Origin: Salpingoeca rosetta
Lineage: Eukaryota; Protista; Choanoflagellata
Assembly (NCBI GenBank): GCA_033442325.1
Contig: JAWQFM010000001.1
Coordinates: forward strand, 1,389,535-1,453,534
Length of the DNA stretch: 64,000 bases
Direction: 5' to 3'
The position numbers and the translations under genes are program-made. Shown one piece after another: positions 63,202-64,000 of the stretch. Each line of letters begins with the position of its first letter. The stretch's first letter is position 1. The notes beneath the pieces are model-generated. The model did not search any database. It saw only the letters and a program-made list of their open reading frames with translations, and had not been told where the DNA came from.

Positions 63202-64000
63202 ATGGTGATCCTTGCGTCCGCCCAGGGCATCTGGTTCATCTTCTCCAACTTCTTCTTCTTCATGGCAGCCGTGTTTGGTGACATCCTGCTGATCCGTATC
63301 TGCCTCATTGGCGGCTTTCTCTTCCTAATGATCAACGCGTGCGTCGGTCTACCGGACTACCACGACTTTTGGAAGAACAGCACCCCCATCATCTTCATCG
63401 ACATTATTGTGTGGTGCGTGATCACGGGCGCGTTCCACGTATACGCCGTGTACCTTCTCATCCGCGATGAGGCGCCCGTGTCGCTCAAGGACGAGGAGGA
63501 AGAGGCCGTCTGGCGGCTCTTCTACCGCCGCTCCGGCATGGGCCGCCTGGAATTCCGGGAAGTCATCAAGCGCGGGTACTGGCGCTCCTATGCCGCTGGT
63601 GAAACCATCGTGGACGAAACCAACGCCCTCTCCCACCTGCACTTGATTGTGGAGGGTGTGGTGGAGTTCACCTCCGTCTTCCACGGCATCAAGAGCCCTC
63701 CACGCAAGCTCTACTCTGGCGACCTCTTCAACCTGGCCGTCACCAACCTCTTTGGTGTCAAGGTGGGCTTCAACTCGGACAGCTTCGTCGCCGTGGCCAA
63801 GTCGGACTGCCTCGTGCTGTGCTGGTCCTTTGACCAGGTCAACGTCATGGCCAACCGCATTGCCCCGAGCGTGTCCAGCTACTGGCGCAACATGATTCTG
63901 TACACGGTTGCATCCGAGTTCAACCGCACCCACGAAGGCGTTGCGCAGCTCGGTTGCCTGGACGCCCGCGGCACGCCAGAGGCGCCATACTGGTACCATG
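63202..64000 (+). CDS. Popeye-domain-like (3 TM + cNMP-binding fold) membrane protein; partial, continues past the window end
   Basis: Open frame from ATG 63202 that the ORF track omits: SNFFFFMAAVFGDILLIRICL, IDIIVWCVITGAFHVYAVYLLIRDEAPVSL.DEEEE.VWRLF, LEFREVI, AGETIV, LHLIVEGVV, AVAKSDCLVLCWS. Strong codon bias; no introns within the window. Confidence 0.8.
   Translation, partial: MVILASAQGIWFIFSNFFFFMAAVFGDILLIRICLIGGFLFLMINACVGLPDYHDFWKNSTPIIFIDIIVWCVITGAFHVYAVYLLIRDEAPVSLKDEEEEAVWRLFYRRSGMGRLEFREVIKRGYWRSYAAGETIVDETNALSHLHLIVEGVVEFTSVFHGIKSPPRKLYSGDLFNLAVTNLFGVKVGFNSDSFVAVAKSDCLVLCWSFDQVNVMANRIAPSVSSYWRNMILYTVASEFNRTHEGVAQLGCLDARGTPEAPYWYH

Noticed and set aside
63349-63999. 216-aa minus-strand ORF
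   Set aside because: Antisense shadow of the Popeye-like plus-strand gene.

Overview
Eukaryotic, gene-dense, intron-rich DNA saturated with (CA)n/(TG)n, (CAA)n and (CT)n microsatellites, with one 100-N assembly gap. Intron texture and gene content (receptor tyrosine-kinase-like gene, ZMYND10, CIB, FBXW8-like, anoctamin) suggest a choanoflagellate, most likely Salpingoeca rosetta (inference). Most entries in the ORF track are microsatellite artefacts, so genes were rebuilt by hand from splice sites. In order: a 3' exon of an upstream gene, a 16-exon receptor pseudokinase, pyruvate kinase, ZMYND10, an intronless bacterial-type sarcosine/dimethylglycine methyltransferase, BABAM1/MERIT40, two identical tRNA-Leu(CAG) genes, a Reeler-DOMON-cytochrome b561 protein, CDC34/UBE2R, WDR83, an SLC19 transporter, a CIB protein, an ankyrin + zinc-finger protein, an FBXW8-like protein, an anoctamin, an ERI1-like exonuclease, a possible Sld7/MTBP-like gene and a Popeye-like membrane protein that runs off the end. 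The strongest leads are: (1) an apparent in-frame ERI1-anoctamin join, which could be a real fusion or an assembly collapse; (2) a polarity of microsatellites around exons (UG after exon ends, CA before exon starts); (3) the dead receptor kinase with a WDxxxYD[VI] repeat tail; (4) pre-metazoan Popeye-like, FBXW8-like and Sld7/MTBP-like genes. All family assignments come from motif recognition by eye; no searches were run.
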